Positions 1-11,639 of a stretch of 42,061 bases of DNA are shown piece by piece. Position 1 is the stretch's first letter; each line of letters starts with the position of its first letter. Where the stretch lies: contig NC_057717.1 of the NCBI RefSeq assembly GCF_004010195.1, forward strand, positions 107,228,585 through 107,270,645, given 5' to 3'. The translations under genes were made by a program, and so were the position numbers. Below the pieces are notes generated by a model. It had not been told where the DNA came from, made no database searches, and was given only the letters and a program-made list of their open reading frames with translations. This DNA comes from Chiloscyllium plagiosum. Lineage: Eukaryota.

Positions 1-564
1 GAGACCAGTTTCTTTTACCTTGCCAGGACATTCACAGTTTCAGTAAATACTCATCAGTACAGCAGGTAGTGATCCTGATGTGCCTGTCAATTCACACTAG
101 CCTTCAATCTGGTTTTTATGAAGCATTAAGTCAAAAATTTGGAATTCCAGTATGTTTCAATAATCCGGTTACGGGGCTCATTACTTATCGCAACTTTCTT
201 CCTCCACACTTCATTGAGGTTAATGTCAGTGTGGTTTGAAGCTGCCCTCTTGGATCAGAGGCACAAGTCAACTTATTTGCAATGTACTTTCACAAGGATG
301 AATGAGGTATGGTTAATGGGCATGAAATGATAAATGGTGAGGATTAATTTTCTTTGGGCGGTAGTGGCTTACTGATTGTCACTGGACTAATAATTCAAAA
401 ACCCAGGTTAATGTCCTAGCGCATGGTTTAAATCCCAACTCAATAGCTGGTGAGACCTGAATTCAATTTATAAATCTGGAATTGAAAGTTATTCAAATGG
501 TGACCATGAAGCCATTCTTAATCAACAAAGTTCAGAAATTCCTTTTAGGGAAGGAAAATCTGCT

Positions 565-640
565 ACTAATACAGAAAATATTGGACAAACTCAGCTGCTC
601 TGGCAGCTTCTGTGGAGAAAAAAACAGAGTTAATGTTTCA
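565..640 (-). mobile_element. Penelope-derived short element fragment (family C)
   Basis: Matches 9880-9950 (GGCAGCATCTGTGGAGAGAAATCAGAGTTAATGTTTC). Flanked by the duplication GAAAATCTGC/GAAAGTCTGC. Confidence 0.6.
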
Positions 641-1999
641 AGAAAGTCTGCCACCCTCATCTGGTCGAGCCAACATCAGACTCCACAGCAATTTGGTTAA
701 CTCTGAAATGGGCTAGCAAGACATTCAGTTGTATCTGACAGCTACAAAGTCTGATAAAAAGAATGAAACCAGATGGACGACTCAGTACCAATTAAGGCAC
801 TGGACATGACAACAGCAATACAGCCTTGTTGACCCTACAAATACCTTCTTGCCAACATTTAGGGACTATTGTCAAAATTAGAAGAACAATATTAAAACAA
901 GCAAAAGCCCAAGACAATCATTCTCTTGGAATCATATCTGCATACAATGTTGCAGACAGCACAATCTCCATGCCTGGAAATGCCCTTCCCACTGATGGAA
1001 GATGCTCACTGGAGGTAGTAGAATCATTGAATACAATTGGGTGTAAGGCTTCAATGCCATGAACTCTCATGGAATCACACCAGGAATAGGTAAAGGAACC
1101 TCCTGCTGATTGCCACTTATTGAACATCCACTGATGAATCCTCCATGTGGAACATCACCTGGAGAACACACTGAGGGTGGCAAGGGCACAGAAAGTAATC
1201 TGGAGTGGCAGTCTTCAAGATCCAGTACCATAAGTGGCTCAGTAGCACCATAACTGATTGAGTTTGCTGAATCCTAAAGAACGAAGTGCTAGATTGGGTC
1301 TGTGGCATGTGGTAAGAAAATCAACAAACTGGAGAAATGTACATTGTCAACGAATCTACTCGTTGCAGATGAATCTGTCCAGTATCAGTAGGAGAGTCCA
1401 CTGCAGAGTATTTTTCAAGCACCACACTTTTTAACTATACGTCCCTTCCTGTTCTATAACAACGTTATGATGCTAAATGGGATAGATTTCAAATCGATCT
1501 AGCAACTCAAACTGAGCCTCCATGAGTTGCTGTGCATCACCAGTAACAGCAGAATTGTATTCAACCATTATCTATACCCTTATGCCAGGCATATCCCTCT
1601 CTGCATCATACAACAAAGTCAGGGATGAACCCTTGTTCAAACAAGAGTGCAGAAGGAGTTCCTGGACTTGTCAACACAGGACTATTTACATGGCAAGCAA
1701 CACAAGCAGCTTTCAATAAACAGAGCTAAAAGGTTCCCACACCAAGTGCATGAAATTTAAGTTCTGCAGTTCGGCCACATCAGGTCATGAATGGTGATAG
1801 ACAACTATGCAAGTCAATGGAGGATTAGGCCCTACAAATATCTTTATTCTCAATAATGGGGAAGCCCAGCATTTCACTGGAAAAAAATAAGGCTGACAAA
1901 CTTTAGCAGGAAGTACCGATTGGACTATCCACCTCAGCTTCCTCCTGTTCTAGCATCACAGATGCAGTCTTCACTGAAGTTGATTCACTCTCTGTGATT

Positions 2000-2133
2000 G
2001 AAAGGGTGATGCTGAAAAAGCATAGCAGGTCAGGCAGCATCCAAGGAGCAGGAGAATCGACGCTTCGGGCATAAACCCTTCATCAGGAAAGGGCTTAAGC
2101 TCACCTACAGCATCTGCGGTCCTCACTTTCTAC
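2000..2133 (-). mobile_element. Penelope-derived short element (family A) with degenerate hammerhead motif
   Basis: Minus strand reads CTGATGA-A-GGGT-TTAT-GCCC-GAAG-CG-TC (2059-2086; GAAA mutated to GAAG). ~15-bp TSD TCACTCTCT(G/A)TG(A/C)TT at 1985-1999 and 2134-2148. Confidence 0.75.
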
Positions 2134-2603
2134 TCACTCTCTATGCTTTTAAGAAATTGCATATGTTATGCCACTGGATATGCAAAGATTATGTGTCTTA
2201 GCAACATTACTGAAGCTGTGTGTTTGACTGAGTGTGGCACCAAGGAATCCTAGCAATATTGGAATCAATGGGAATTGGGGGAAACTTGGTTGGAATTGCT
2301 CCCAACATAAAGAATGATGGTTGTGGCTGCTCAAGGTCAACCATATCAGTCCCAGGGCATCACTACAGGAGTTCCTCAGGATAGTGTGCTTGGACCAACC
2401 ATCTTCAGTTGCTTCATCAATGACCTTATCTCCATCTTAACATCAGAAGTGGGGATGTTTGCTGATAATTACACAATGTTCAGCACCATTTGCCTCTCCT
2501 CGATAGTGTCGATATGCAGAAAGCCATGGGGAACATTTGGGCTTGGACTGACAAGTGGCAATTAACATTTGCACCACAGAAATACCAGGCAATGACATAT
2601 CTA

Positions 2604-2930
2604 GTGGGCGGCACGGTGGCACAGTGGTTAGCATTGCTGCCTCACAGCGCCAGAGACCCGGGTTCAATTCCCGCCTCAGGCGACTGACTGTGTGGAGTTT
2701 GCACGTTCTCCCCGTGTCTGCGTGGGTTTCCTCCGGGTGCTCCGGTTTCCTCCCACAGTCCAAAAGATGTGCAGGTCAGGTGAATTGGCCATGCTAAATT
2801 GCCCGTAGTGTTAGGTAAGGGATAAATGTAGGGGTATGGGTGGGTTACGCTTCGGCGGGTCGGTGTGGACTTGTTGGGCCGAAGGGCCTGTTTCCACACT
2901 GTAATGTAATCTAATGTAATCTAATCTAAA
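2604..2930 (+). mobile_element. HE1-type tRNA-derived SINE (young, CpG-rich subfamily)
   Basis: A-box TGGCACAGTGG, B-box GGTTCAATTCC, conserved core GTGGGTTTCCTCCGGGTGCTCCGG, CR1-like tail and (TCTAA)n end. Confidence 0.9.
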
Positions 2931-3063
2931 ATCTAATAAGATAGAATGCAAATATTAACTCTTAACATTCAATGGCATTACCATCACTAAACACCACTGT
3001 CAAATCTGGAGGTATCATTGACCAAAAACTAAACACATCCAGCCCTATAAATAATAAAGGCTA

Positions 3064-3195
3064 AATAACATGGATGCTGGAAATCTGTAACAAACTGAAG
3101 AAGAGTCAAATCATACTCGAAGCATTATCTCTGCTTTTTTCTCCACTGAGGCTGCTAGACCTACTGAATTTCTTCAGAAATCTCTGTACTTGCTT
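3064..3195 (+). mobile_element. Penelope-derived short element (family C) with degenerate hammerhead motif
   Basis: CTGAAGA(3095-3101)-A-GAGT...ACTC-GAAG. Host LINE sequence (...AAATAA..GGCTA) is duplicated on both sides. Confidence 0.55.
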
Positions 3196-3739
3196 CAACC
3201 ATGAAAATAAATTGGCTACAAGAGCAGGTCGGAGGTTGGAAACTCTGCGGTGAGTAACACACCTGCATTCTCGTCAGGAGTGATGGAATATTCTCCACTT
3301 GGCTAGATGAGTGCAGCTCCAACAACACTGGAAATGTTTAACATCATTCAGTATATCTGACAGCAAACTTGATTGCCACCTGATACACTGCCTCAACTTT
3401 CACTCCCTCTACCAGATACATGAGAATACCACACTTCCCCATCAAGTCACACATCATCCTGACTTGGAAATATATTACCCTTCCTTTATTATCAAAATCC
3501 TGTAACTCCTTCACTAAGGGCATTGGGGATATACGTACACCAAATGGACTGCAGCGATTCAAGAAGGCAGCTCATCAACAATTTCTCAAGGGCAATTAGA
3601 TATAAGCAATAAATTCTGGCCCTGCCAGTGACAACCACATTCCATTAACAATTTTTAAAAACGCCTCAGTGATGTCATTAAGCTTCATGCTTACCTGATT
3701 CAAACCAACAAATCATTATCAATACCACATAAGCCTCCA

Positions 3740-3886
3740 ACCTCTGTATCAAGGAATGTGTTTGCATGTGTGCTTACTTGAGAGAGAGAGAGAAAGAATG
3801 TGTGCATGTGTGTTTGTTTGTATGTGTGATGGAGTGTAAGCCTGTGAGAGATTGTGTGCATGGGTGTGTGGGTAGGGGGGTGTATG
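3740..3886. repeat. (TG)n/(AG)n-rich low-complexity tract, continuous with 4562-4680 before the LTR inserted
   Basis: TG/AG dinucleotide runs on both sides of the LTR, which is bounded by a TSD. Confidence 0.7.
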
Positions 3887-4561
3887 TGTTATGATACGGA
3901 GTAAACCCTTCTGCAAAATTTAATACCAGCAGCACAGAAAAGAGTTATCCCATGCAGTAATCTGTAAAAATTCAAGTGGCCAACAAATATTTAAAGTAAA
4001 AATTAACATTTTGTTTCTTAAAGTATAACAAAGAATAATTAACTGACCACTATTTCCAATTTCTTCCTCTAACCTATCATTTACCTGACCTTCTATAATA
4101 CTAGTCTGATAAAACTCACCAATTAAGATTTACAAAACCACCCTTCTTATCTCAAAACCAGGCAGCTTTCGTTCTTCTAGTCAGATCTTCCTGTGTTTTC
4201 TTCTTCTTAGGAATTTCTGTGTCACAGGTTACTTTTAAGACAGCGTTTTTCAGGAATTCTGTTTACATGCTGGGCTTGTCAGTTCTCCTCTCAACTGTTC
4301 AATTTTACCCCTGAAGCATTGGATTGTGTCAATGGCTTTTAAGATTGTCAATATACTAAATTCAAACTGGATTGGAGTTTGATATTTTTTGTGGTATAAT
4401 TTAAACTGATTGGCTTAATTCGAATTTCTTTTTGTCTTCAGGCAAATCGAGCTAATCGAGTTGTTTGACCGAGTGTTATATTGTTGCCTTACTGAGAACA
4501 GCTGTGTCTCGTAGTTCTGCTGCTTTTAACTGTCTTAAAGTACACCCACATCTTCATAACA
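3887..4561 (-). mobile_element. Solo LTR of an LTR retrotransposon
   Basis: Termini TGTTATGA...TCATAACA form an 8-bp inverted repeat. Exact 5-bp TSD GTATG at 3882-3886 and 4562-4566. Homologous along its length to 31098-31806. Confidence 0.9.
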
Positions 4562-4935
4562 GTATGAGAGAGAGAGAGTGTGTGTATTAGAAAGTCTGCG
4601 TGAGTGTGTGAGCATATAAGAGTGTGTGAGTATGTGTGCTTGTGTGTGTATGCACGTGAGAGTGTATTGTGTAGTGGTGTCATCTATAGTGTGACATGAA
4701 CCCAAGGTCCTGGTTGAGGCCATCCTCATGGGTACTGAACTTGGCTCTGCTCAACCACTCTGCATTGTTGCATATCCCAAAGTCCGCCTTGGAGGATGGT
4801 CACCCGAAGATCCAAAGCCAAATGTCCCTGACCACTGAAGTGTTCATGTCACACTACAGGTGACCCCACTACACACAACACACACACACACACACACACA
4901 CTCTCTCTCTCTCTCTATCAAGCATGCATACACAC
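4562..4935 (-). mobile_element. Penelope-like element 3' end (GIY-YIG C-terminus) with short inverted duplication
   Basis: Minus translation EHFSGQGHLALDLRVTILQGGLWDMQQCRVVEQ...KFSTHEDGLNQDLGFMSHY. 4846-4935 is an inverted copy of the ATGTCACACTA(T/C)AG..(CA)n region. Confidence 0.75.
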
Positions 4936-4938
4936 AAA

Positions 4939-6040
4939 GGAATTGGGAATAAGGGATGGCATTTTTACAGGTGGTAGGGTGGGAGGAGGTGTAGTCTAGT
5001 TAGCTGTGGGAGTCGGTGGGCTTGTAGTAGATGTCTGTAGTTAGTCGGTCGCTAGAGACGATGATGGAGAGGTCCAGGAAGGGGAGGGTGGTGTCCAAGT
5101 TGGTCCAGGTGAATTTGAGGTCGAGGTGGAAGGTGTTTGTAAAGTTGATGAACTGTTCAACCTCCTCATGGGAGTACGAGACAGTGCCAAAAAATTAATC
5201 AATGTAGCGGAGGAACAGGTGAGGGGTGCTGCCCATGTTACTGCAGAAGATTGACCATTTCATGTATCCGACAAACAGGCAGGTGGGTGCCTATAGCTAC
5301 TCTTTTGATTTGGAGGAATTGGGAGGATTGGAAGGAGAAGCTGTTGAAGGTGAGGACCAATTCAGCCAGGTGGATGAGGGTGTTGGTGGAAAGGTACTGG
5401 TTGGGATGGCATGAGAAGAAGAAACGGAAGACTTGGGAGTCCTTCGTCGTGGCTGATCGATGTGTACAGGGACTGGATGTCCATGGTGAAGATGAGGCGT
5501 TGAGGGCCGGGAAAATGGAAATCTTAGATGTAGTGAAGTGAAGGGCATGGGTGGTGTCACGAACATAGGTGGGGAATTCTTGGAGTAAGGGGGACAGGAT
5601 AGTGTCGAGGTAGGAAGAGATGAGTGCGGGGGAACATGCGCAGGCTGAGACAATTGGTCAACCAAGGCAGTCAGGTTTGTGAATCTTCAGAAACAGGTAG
5701 AATCAGGTGGTGTGGGGTTCACAGACAATGACGTTTGAGGCTGTGGATGGGATATCCCCAGAGATGATGAGGTTTTGGATGGTCTGGGAGATGATGGTTT
5801 GGTGATGGGGGGTGAGGTCGCGATCAAGGGGTCAGTAGGAGGAGGTGTCTGCGAGTTGGCGCCTGACTTCAGCAGTGTAGAGGTCGGTGCGTCACACTGC
5901 TACTGCGCCCCCCCTCCCCCTTGTCTGCGGGTTTGATGGTGAGGTTGGAGTTGGAGCAGAGGGAGTGGAGGGCTGCGGGTTATGAGAGTGCGAGGTTGGA
6001 GTGAGTGAGAGGGGTGGAAGGGTGGACAGGTTGATGTCAT
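4939..6040 (-). mobile_element. Penelope-like reverse transcriptase remnant (disrupted)
   Basis: Minus-strand motifs FTMDIQSLYTSI, HLAELVLTFNSFSF, PHLFLRYID*, EEVEQFINFTNTFH, LPFLDLSI, DIYYKPTDSHS*LDYTSSHP, KNAIPYSQFL, with stops and frameshifts. Confidence 0.9.
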
Positions 6041-6667
6041 ATTTCCCTTATCAAGGAGTGTCCTTCTCTGCACTTACCCCAAACCGTCTCATTTCCTTAC
6101 ATTGCTTCACCTTCTACTGTTCTACAGAGTTTCTCACTAATGACTCTCATTAGTCACATCATTGCAATAAAAAAAAACTCTTCTTCCTTAACTGATAGTT
6201 AGTAAATGACAGCAGCTTCCTCCTCAGCCCTTCAGAGGAAAGGCTTTCCAAATAAACATAGCTTCTATGAACAGAAATATGACAGGGAAATAAGAAAACA
6301 GATGCCATTAACACCAGTGGGAACCGTATCACTGAGAATAAACAAACACCTGTTACGATTTAAATACACATTCTGGTTTCATGAATGTCTGCCTGTAAAT
6401 TTTGATCATTGAAAAGCTAATGACAAAAGTCATTACATTAAACAAGTAAAGATTTTAGATTGATTCTTTCAAAAGCAATGAATACAGACCCTTTCTGTGT
6501 CATGTGTGTACATGTTCCAGAAAGCAGTGCTTTTGTGCAAAGTACTTTTGTTATATATCCACCCTCTCTAACTTTGCAAAGCCATAATCTGCCTACCCAA
6601 TAACTCTACACTCCTAGATGCCTGAGCTCTATTTTAAGCTCGTTGTTTGTCATATTTTGTACACTAG

Positions 6668-6712
6668 GAGAAAGTGAGGACTGCAGATGCTGGGGATCAG
6701 AGCTTAAAAGTG
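6668..6712. mobile_element. Isolated family A terminal 'tail' fragment
   Basis: GAGAAAGTGAGGACTGCAGATGCTGGGGATCAGAGC is near-identical to 40953-40987. Confidence 0.65.
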
Positions 6713-7816
6713 CAGCTCTGTATTTTGCACCCTGAGCTGCTTGTATTAAAATAAAGTTTGATGCACTGGTAGGCCTGGACATGTGCCAATAATTCAGCTG
6801 AATTATGAGAATTCAACACATATATAGTGCAGTCTCCCTGTATTGGTTTTGGAACTATAACAGTCCAAACAAACTGAAACCGTGAACTCTGTACTGTGGG
6901 AGATGCAATGATCAGGCTGGCTAGCATATGGTCATAGAGGAACTGTTTGTCGTTCAGTCACAAACTCAAAAACACATCTTGCCAGGTTTGCTTGTACAAT
7001 TATAATATTGCACATGTTTAGCTGTGAAATGGATCAATCCCATTTGTACACTGTCTATTTTTAAAATATATCAATGGAAAATTGGACTTTGCCCATCTGT
7101 TTTTCAAATGGAATCACTGACCAGGCACTCTGTCAAAGTTATCCAGTTTATATCCTGATATGTAGTGACAGGAACTTTTCCTGGTGCAGGTACTGCTGGT
7201 AATTATTTCATCAGTGATGTGAGTGACATGGAACATAGAGAACATCGACAAATGTCCAAATCCAGTGGGTTATGGGTGGAAAAATAGAAAAGAAAGGCGG
7301 CAGAAAAAAGAGATAGGGAAAAGCAGACAGGCGAAAGAGCAGAATATGGAGCCACTTTACCATTTATGCAGCCATGTGATATAAACCGAATGTTGATTTG
7401 TGCCACAAGGTAAACTCACACCTGAAAATCTCAACCCAAATTTATTTGGTCTGGGAACTGTTATAGACCAGGCCAGACCCCCTCGAAATATTTCAAGAAA
7501 GTAGCCCAGACTCGAACTATGCTAGTTGTTTTAAATAGGTGTAACGTGGATATTCCAGGAGGGATGCTGTTGGTCAAACCACATAGTTTTAAACAAAACA
7601 GAATTTATTTATAAGATTACTAAATGAAACAAATGAAAGAGAATACTGAATAACTTAACCTATCTGAAAATCCAACAGATCATCTCAACTTAATGATGCT
7701 GTTCCAAATACTTGCACACAGGGTCTTACAGGACAGATGTTAGAAAAAGAGTACCAGCATGGACCTGCTTCTTTGGGTCCAGCAGCTTCAAACCTCTGCT
7801 GTGCTCAAACCAACTA

Positions 7817-8370
7817 AGAGTAAGTGATGACTGCAGATACTGGTGATCAGAGTTGAAAGTGTGATGCTGGAAAAGCACAGCAGGTCAGGCAACATGCAAG
7901 CAGCAGAAGAATGTGGGCGGCACGGTGGCACAGTGGTTAGCACTGCTGCCTCGCAGCGCCAGAGACCCGGGTTCAATTCCCGCCTCCGGCGACTGACTGT
8001 GTGGAGTTTGCTCATTCTCCCCGTGTCTGCGTGGGTTTCCTCCGGGTGCTCCGGTTTCCTCCCACAGTCCAAAGATGTGCGGGTCAGGTGAATTGGCCAT
8101 GTTAAATTGTCCGTAGTGTTCGGTAAGGGGTAAATGTAGGCGTATGGGTGGGTTGCGCTTCGGCGGGTTGGTGTGAACTTGTTGGGCCGAAGGGCCTGTT
8201 TCCACACTGTAAAGTAATCTAATCTAATCTAATCTAAATCAACTTTTCGAGCATAAGCTCTTCATTGGAATCCATTCCTGACGAAGAGCTTATGCTGGAA
8301 ACTTTGATTCTCCTGCTCCTTGGTTGCTGCCTAACCTGCTGTGCTTTTCCAGCACCACACTCTCGACTCT
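7817..8370. mobile_element. Family A fold-back element with two degenerate hammerhead motifs, split by a SINE
   Basis: Tail plus left arm 7817-7912 and 8238-8270; right arm CTGACGA-A-GAGC-TTAT-GCTG-GAAA from 8278. Duplication GTGCT(C/A)AAACCAA on both flanks. Confidence 0.75.
7913..8237 (+). mobile_element. HE1-type SINE (young subfamily)
   Basis: Near-identical to 2604-2930, with (TCTAA)n tail. Confidence 0.9.
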
Positions 8371-9209
8371 GTGCTAAAACCAAACCAGAGAAAAAACTGA
8401 GCTGGGAGAATCAGGCCACTGCCTTTTCATTGTACATGTGTTTTGTTTAAATTTAAATGCCTTTTGTCTGAGGCAGTATCTGTTAGCTGTAATCAAATTG
8501 GCCCTAAAACCCTTCAACTTAGACTTTTTGGAGTCTGTGTCTTTTACAAACTGTATGAAAAAAAAATCCAAAGACAGCACAATCTTGTTAAAGGGGCAGC
8601 ATTGTCACAGAACAACAAAGTGCTGCTGGAGGTAACAGTAACCAGGATGATCTCTCTGTTGACTATGAATTTGGTAGTTGCTGGGAGAACACAATGACCT
8701 GAATTACCTGACAGATTTATCTGATTGAATTCACTGCAAAACAATCTGGGGGGAAAGAAATTGTTCAATATTCAAGACAAGTTAAATAAATGTGACCTTT
8801 AAACAAGGGAACGCAATAAGGGTACATATGCTATACATCAGTCGCTTTCAACATCAACTATGATAATCAGACCATAGTAATGGTGTAGAAACCATTGGTA
8901 CAATGGGCACTTTCATGCTTCATCAATAGAAGATCATTCTGCAGTTTCTATGCTTGTTGCTGAGAACAATTACAGCATAGTTCCAAGTATTACAGAGTTA
9001 AGTGATAATATCTAACCTCAACCTCTTTGAAATACTCAGTTTCGATCATCGTATGCAACATGGTATGTCAACGAGATTAGGACATGGAGTTGGACAAACA
9101 AGAGGAACATTAGTTTGATTCCTGGCCCCTGCTTCTTATTGGAAAAATAAGACTGAATTCCTTCAATTGATCGTTTTCACATAACCTCTTTGGGCATTTA
9201 TGCGTAAGT

Positions 9210-9655
9210 CACAAAATCACAGAAATTTTACAATGCAGGGGGAGGCCATTTGGCTTATTAGCTCTAGCCCTGTTCCCTGAACGAATATCCTGACATCGTG
9301 CCATTTCCCTTGTCCTTTCTCCATATCTCTGAATATGGCTTCTATTTAATAATAAGTTAATGTATCAGTTGCACCTACTTCCACCACACTTCTGGGCATG
9401 GCACTCCGGACCCTAACTACTCACTCTGTGAAAAAAATTTCTCATATTTACATCTTTTGCAAATTATCTAATATCTAAGCCTTCTCGTTCTCAATAACTT
9501 TATAACTGGGAACACTTTCTCCCTTTGTACTCTGCCCAGCTCCCTCATGATATTGAAAACTTTTATTAAATCTCCTTTTAACCTTCTCCTCTCAAAGGAA
9601 AACAGTCTTAACTTATTTAATTTATCCTTATAGGTGAAGCTTCTCATCCACAGAA
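9210..9655 (-). mobile_element. Old CR1 LINE 3' end
   Basis: CR1-type 3' UTR (ATCACAGAA..TACAATGCAGGGGGAGGCCATT) followed by decayed ORF2 C-terminus. Confidence 0.6.
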
Positions 9656-9839
9656 TCAGCTATGACTCTGGAATTAAGCCCCAGTGCATCACATGTTTTA
9701 AAGAAAGTTTAAATGTCATTCTTTTTCACCAAGTTATTCAAATTGTTTCTCTTTGTGCTTTCCAGATCAAAAGAAACTTTCACCAGTTTTGTCAGTAAAC
9801 TCTAACTCATTTTTTAGAAACAAAGTAATGCTTGAAACA

Positions 9840-10005
9840 AAATCTTGAAAGAACTGCAGATGCCAGGAATCAGAAACAAAAATAGAAATTATGGAAAAAG
9901 CTCAGCAGATGTGGCAGCATCTGTGGAGAGAAATCAGAGTTAATGTTTCGGGTCCAGTGACCCTTCTAGAAAGGATCACTGGACCCAAAACATTAACTTT
10001 AATTT
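9840..10005. mobile_element. Family C fold-back element, hammerhead core lost at the inversion junction
   Basis: GTTAATGTTTCGGGTCCAGTGACCCTTCT and AGGATCACTGGACCCAAAACATTAAC form an inverted pair. 12-bp TSD ATGCTT(G/T)AAACA at 9828-9839 and 10006-10017. Confidence 0.75.
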
Positions 10006-10510
10006 ATGCTTTAAACACATGGCTACACCAGTTATCAACTAAGCTACTATGCACGAATAAATTATATCCCCTTAATTCCAAACATATGCGCATTCATACA
10101 TGGACAGGTTGAGAAAACTCACCTCTGCGAAGTATAATGGATACAGAAATATAGGCAAAGAGAAGAAAAACATAAAGAAACACCTGAACAGGTCAAGGGT
10201 TCAGATGTAGAAGATAGAATGTGTTTATTCTCAAAATTCCTTTGATAAACTGTCAAGAAGATCTGCTTGTTGTTGGTCACAGAGTAGTGTAAGATCCTCA
10301 GTTGAGGTGGAGGATCAGTTAGACCTAGGTCCTGGATTGAGCTAATATTTTGTTATTAAGAGTCTATGAGGAGATCTAAGACATTGATTTCTGGAACTTT
10401 CTCAAGTATCCAGAAAATATTTCACTAAGATATTTCTTCAGCTTGTTTTCTTTAAAGATTATTTTTACTCACTGATGTTCCTTCTGCCAAAAATGTGTTG
10501 CCTTACAATT

Positions 10511-11605
10511 ATAGAGTCAGAGAGATGTACAGCATGGAAACAGACCCTTCGATCCAACTCATCCATGCTGATCAGATATCCCAACCCAATCTAGTCCCAA
10601 CTGCCAGCACCTGGCCCATATCCCTCCAAATCCTTCCTATTCATATACCCATCCAGATGCCTTTTAAATGTTGCAGTAGTACTAGCCTCCACTACTTCCT
10701 CTGGCAGCTCATTCCATATACGTACCACCCTCTGACTGAAAAAGTTGCCCCTTAGGTCTCTTTTATTTCTTTCCCCTCTCACCCTAAACCAATACCCTCT
10801 AGCTCTAGACTCCCCAACCCCAGGGAAAAGACTTTGTATATTTATCCTATCTGCGCCCCTCATGATTTTATAAAGATCATGATTATATAACCTCTATAAG
10901 GTCATCCCTCAGCCTCCGATGCACCAGGGAAAATAGCCCTAGCCTATTCAACCTCTCCCAATAGCTCAAATCCTCCAACCCTGGCAACATCCTTGTACAT
11001 CTTTTCTGAACTCTTTCAAGTTTCACAACATCTTTCCAATAGGAAGGAGACCAGAATTGCACGCAAAATTCCAACAGTGGCTTGACCAATGTCCTGTACA
11101 GCCACAACATGACCTCCCAACTCCTGTACTCAATACTCTGACCAATAAAGGAAAGCATACCAAATGCTTTCTTCACTATCCTATCTACCTGCGACTCCAC
11201 TTCCAAGGAGTTATGAACCTGCACTGCAAAGTCTCTTTGTTCAACAACACTCCCTAGGACCTTACCATTAAGTGTATAAGTCCTACTAAGATTTGCTTTC
11301 CCAAAATGCAGCACCTCATATTTATCTAAATTAAACTCCATCTGCCACTTCTCAGCCTATTGGCCGATTTGATCAAGATCCTGTTGTAATCTGAGATAAC
11401 CTTCTTCACTGTCCACTACACCTCCAATTTTGGTGTCATCAGCAAACTTACTAACTATACCTCTTATGCTCACATCCAAATCATTTATATAAATGATGAA
11501 AAGTAGTGGACCCAGCACTGATCCTTGTGGCAATCCATTGGTCATAGGCCTCCAATCTGTAAAACAACCCTCCACCACCACCGTCTGTTTTCTACCTTTG
11601 AGCCA
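10511..11605 (-). mobile_element. 5'-truncated CR1 (HER1-like) LINE, RT C-terminal half + 3' UTR
   Basis: GLPQGSVLGPLLFIIYINDLD...SKFADDTK; LYRTLVKPLLEFCVQFWSP; FFSQRVVRIWNELPEEVV. Confidence 0.95.
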
Positions 11606-11639
11606 GTTCTGTATCCAAATGGCATCTCCGCACTGAACT

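Larger units (their letters stand above)
357..3655 (+). mobile_element. Old, decayed near-full-length CR1/L2-group LINE (APE endonuclease + RT remnants) preceded by a tRNA/SINE-like head
   Basis: EN-like remnant ~850-1420 (YNVADSTISMPG; decayed WxGDFxxxxxxWLSST-like motif near 1200). RT remnant GVPQDSVLGPTIFSCFINDL...VGMFADNYT at 2314-2490. 3' tail CAAGGGCAATTAG...AATAAATTCTGGCC...CCACATTCCATTAAC at ~3587-3650. Interrupted by several younger insertions. Confidence 0.75.
7459..8548 (-). mobile_element. Probable solo LTR (second family) hosting nested insertions
   Basis: Begins TGTTATAG and ends TTTTACA; minus-strand AATAAA near 7605. No clean TSD. Confidence 0.45.

Noticed and set aside
2606..2680. 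tRNA gene
   Set aside because: The A/B boxes belong to the SINE head and continue into the SINE body.
5297..5665. 122-aa Pro/Ser-rich ORF
   Set aside because: Off-frame reading of the Penelope RT remnant.
7788..8207. Recurrent ORFs containing CGRKPEHPEETHADTG or GLWEETGAPGGNPRR
   Set aside because: Translations of HE1 SINE copies, not a gene family.
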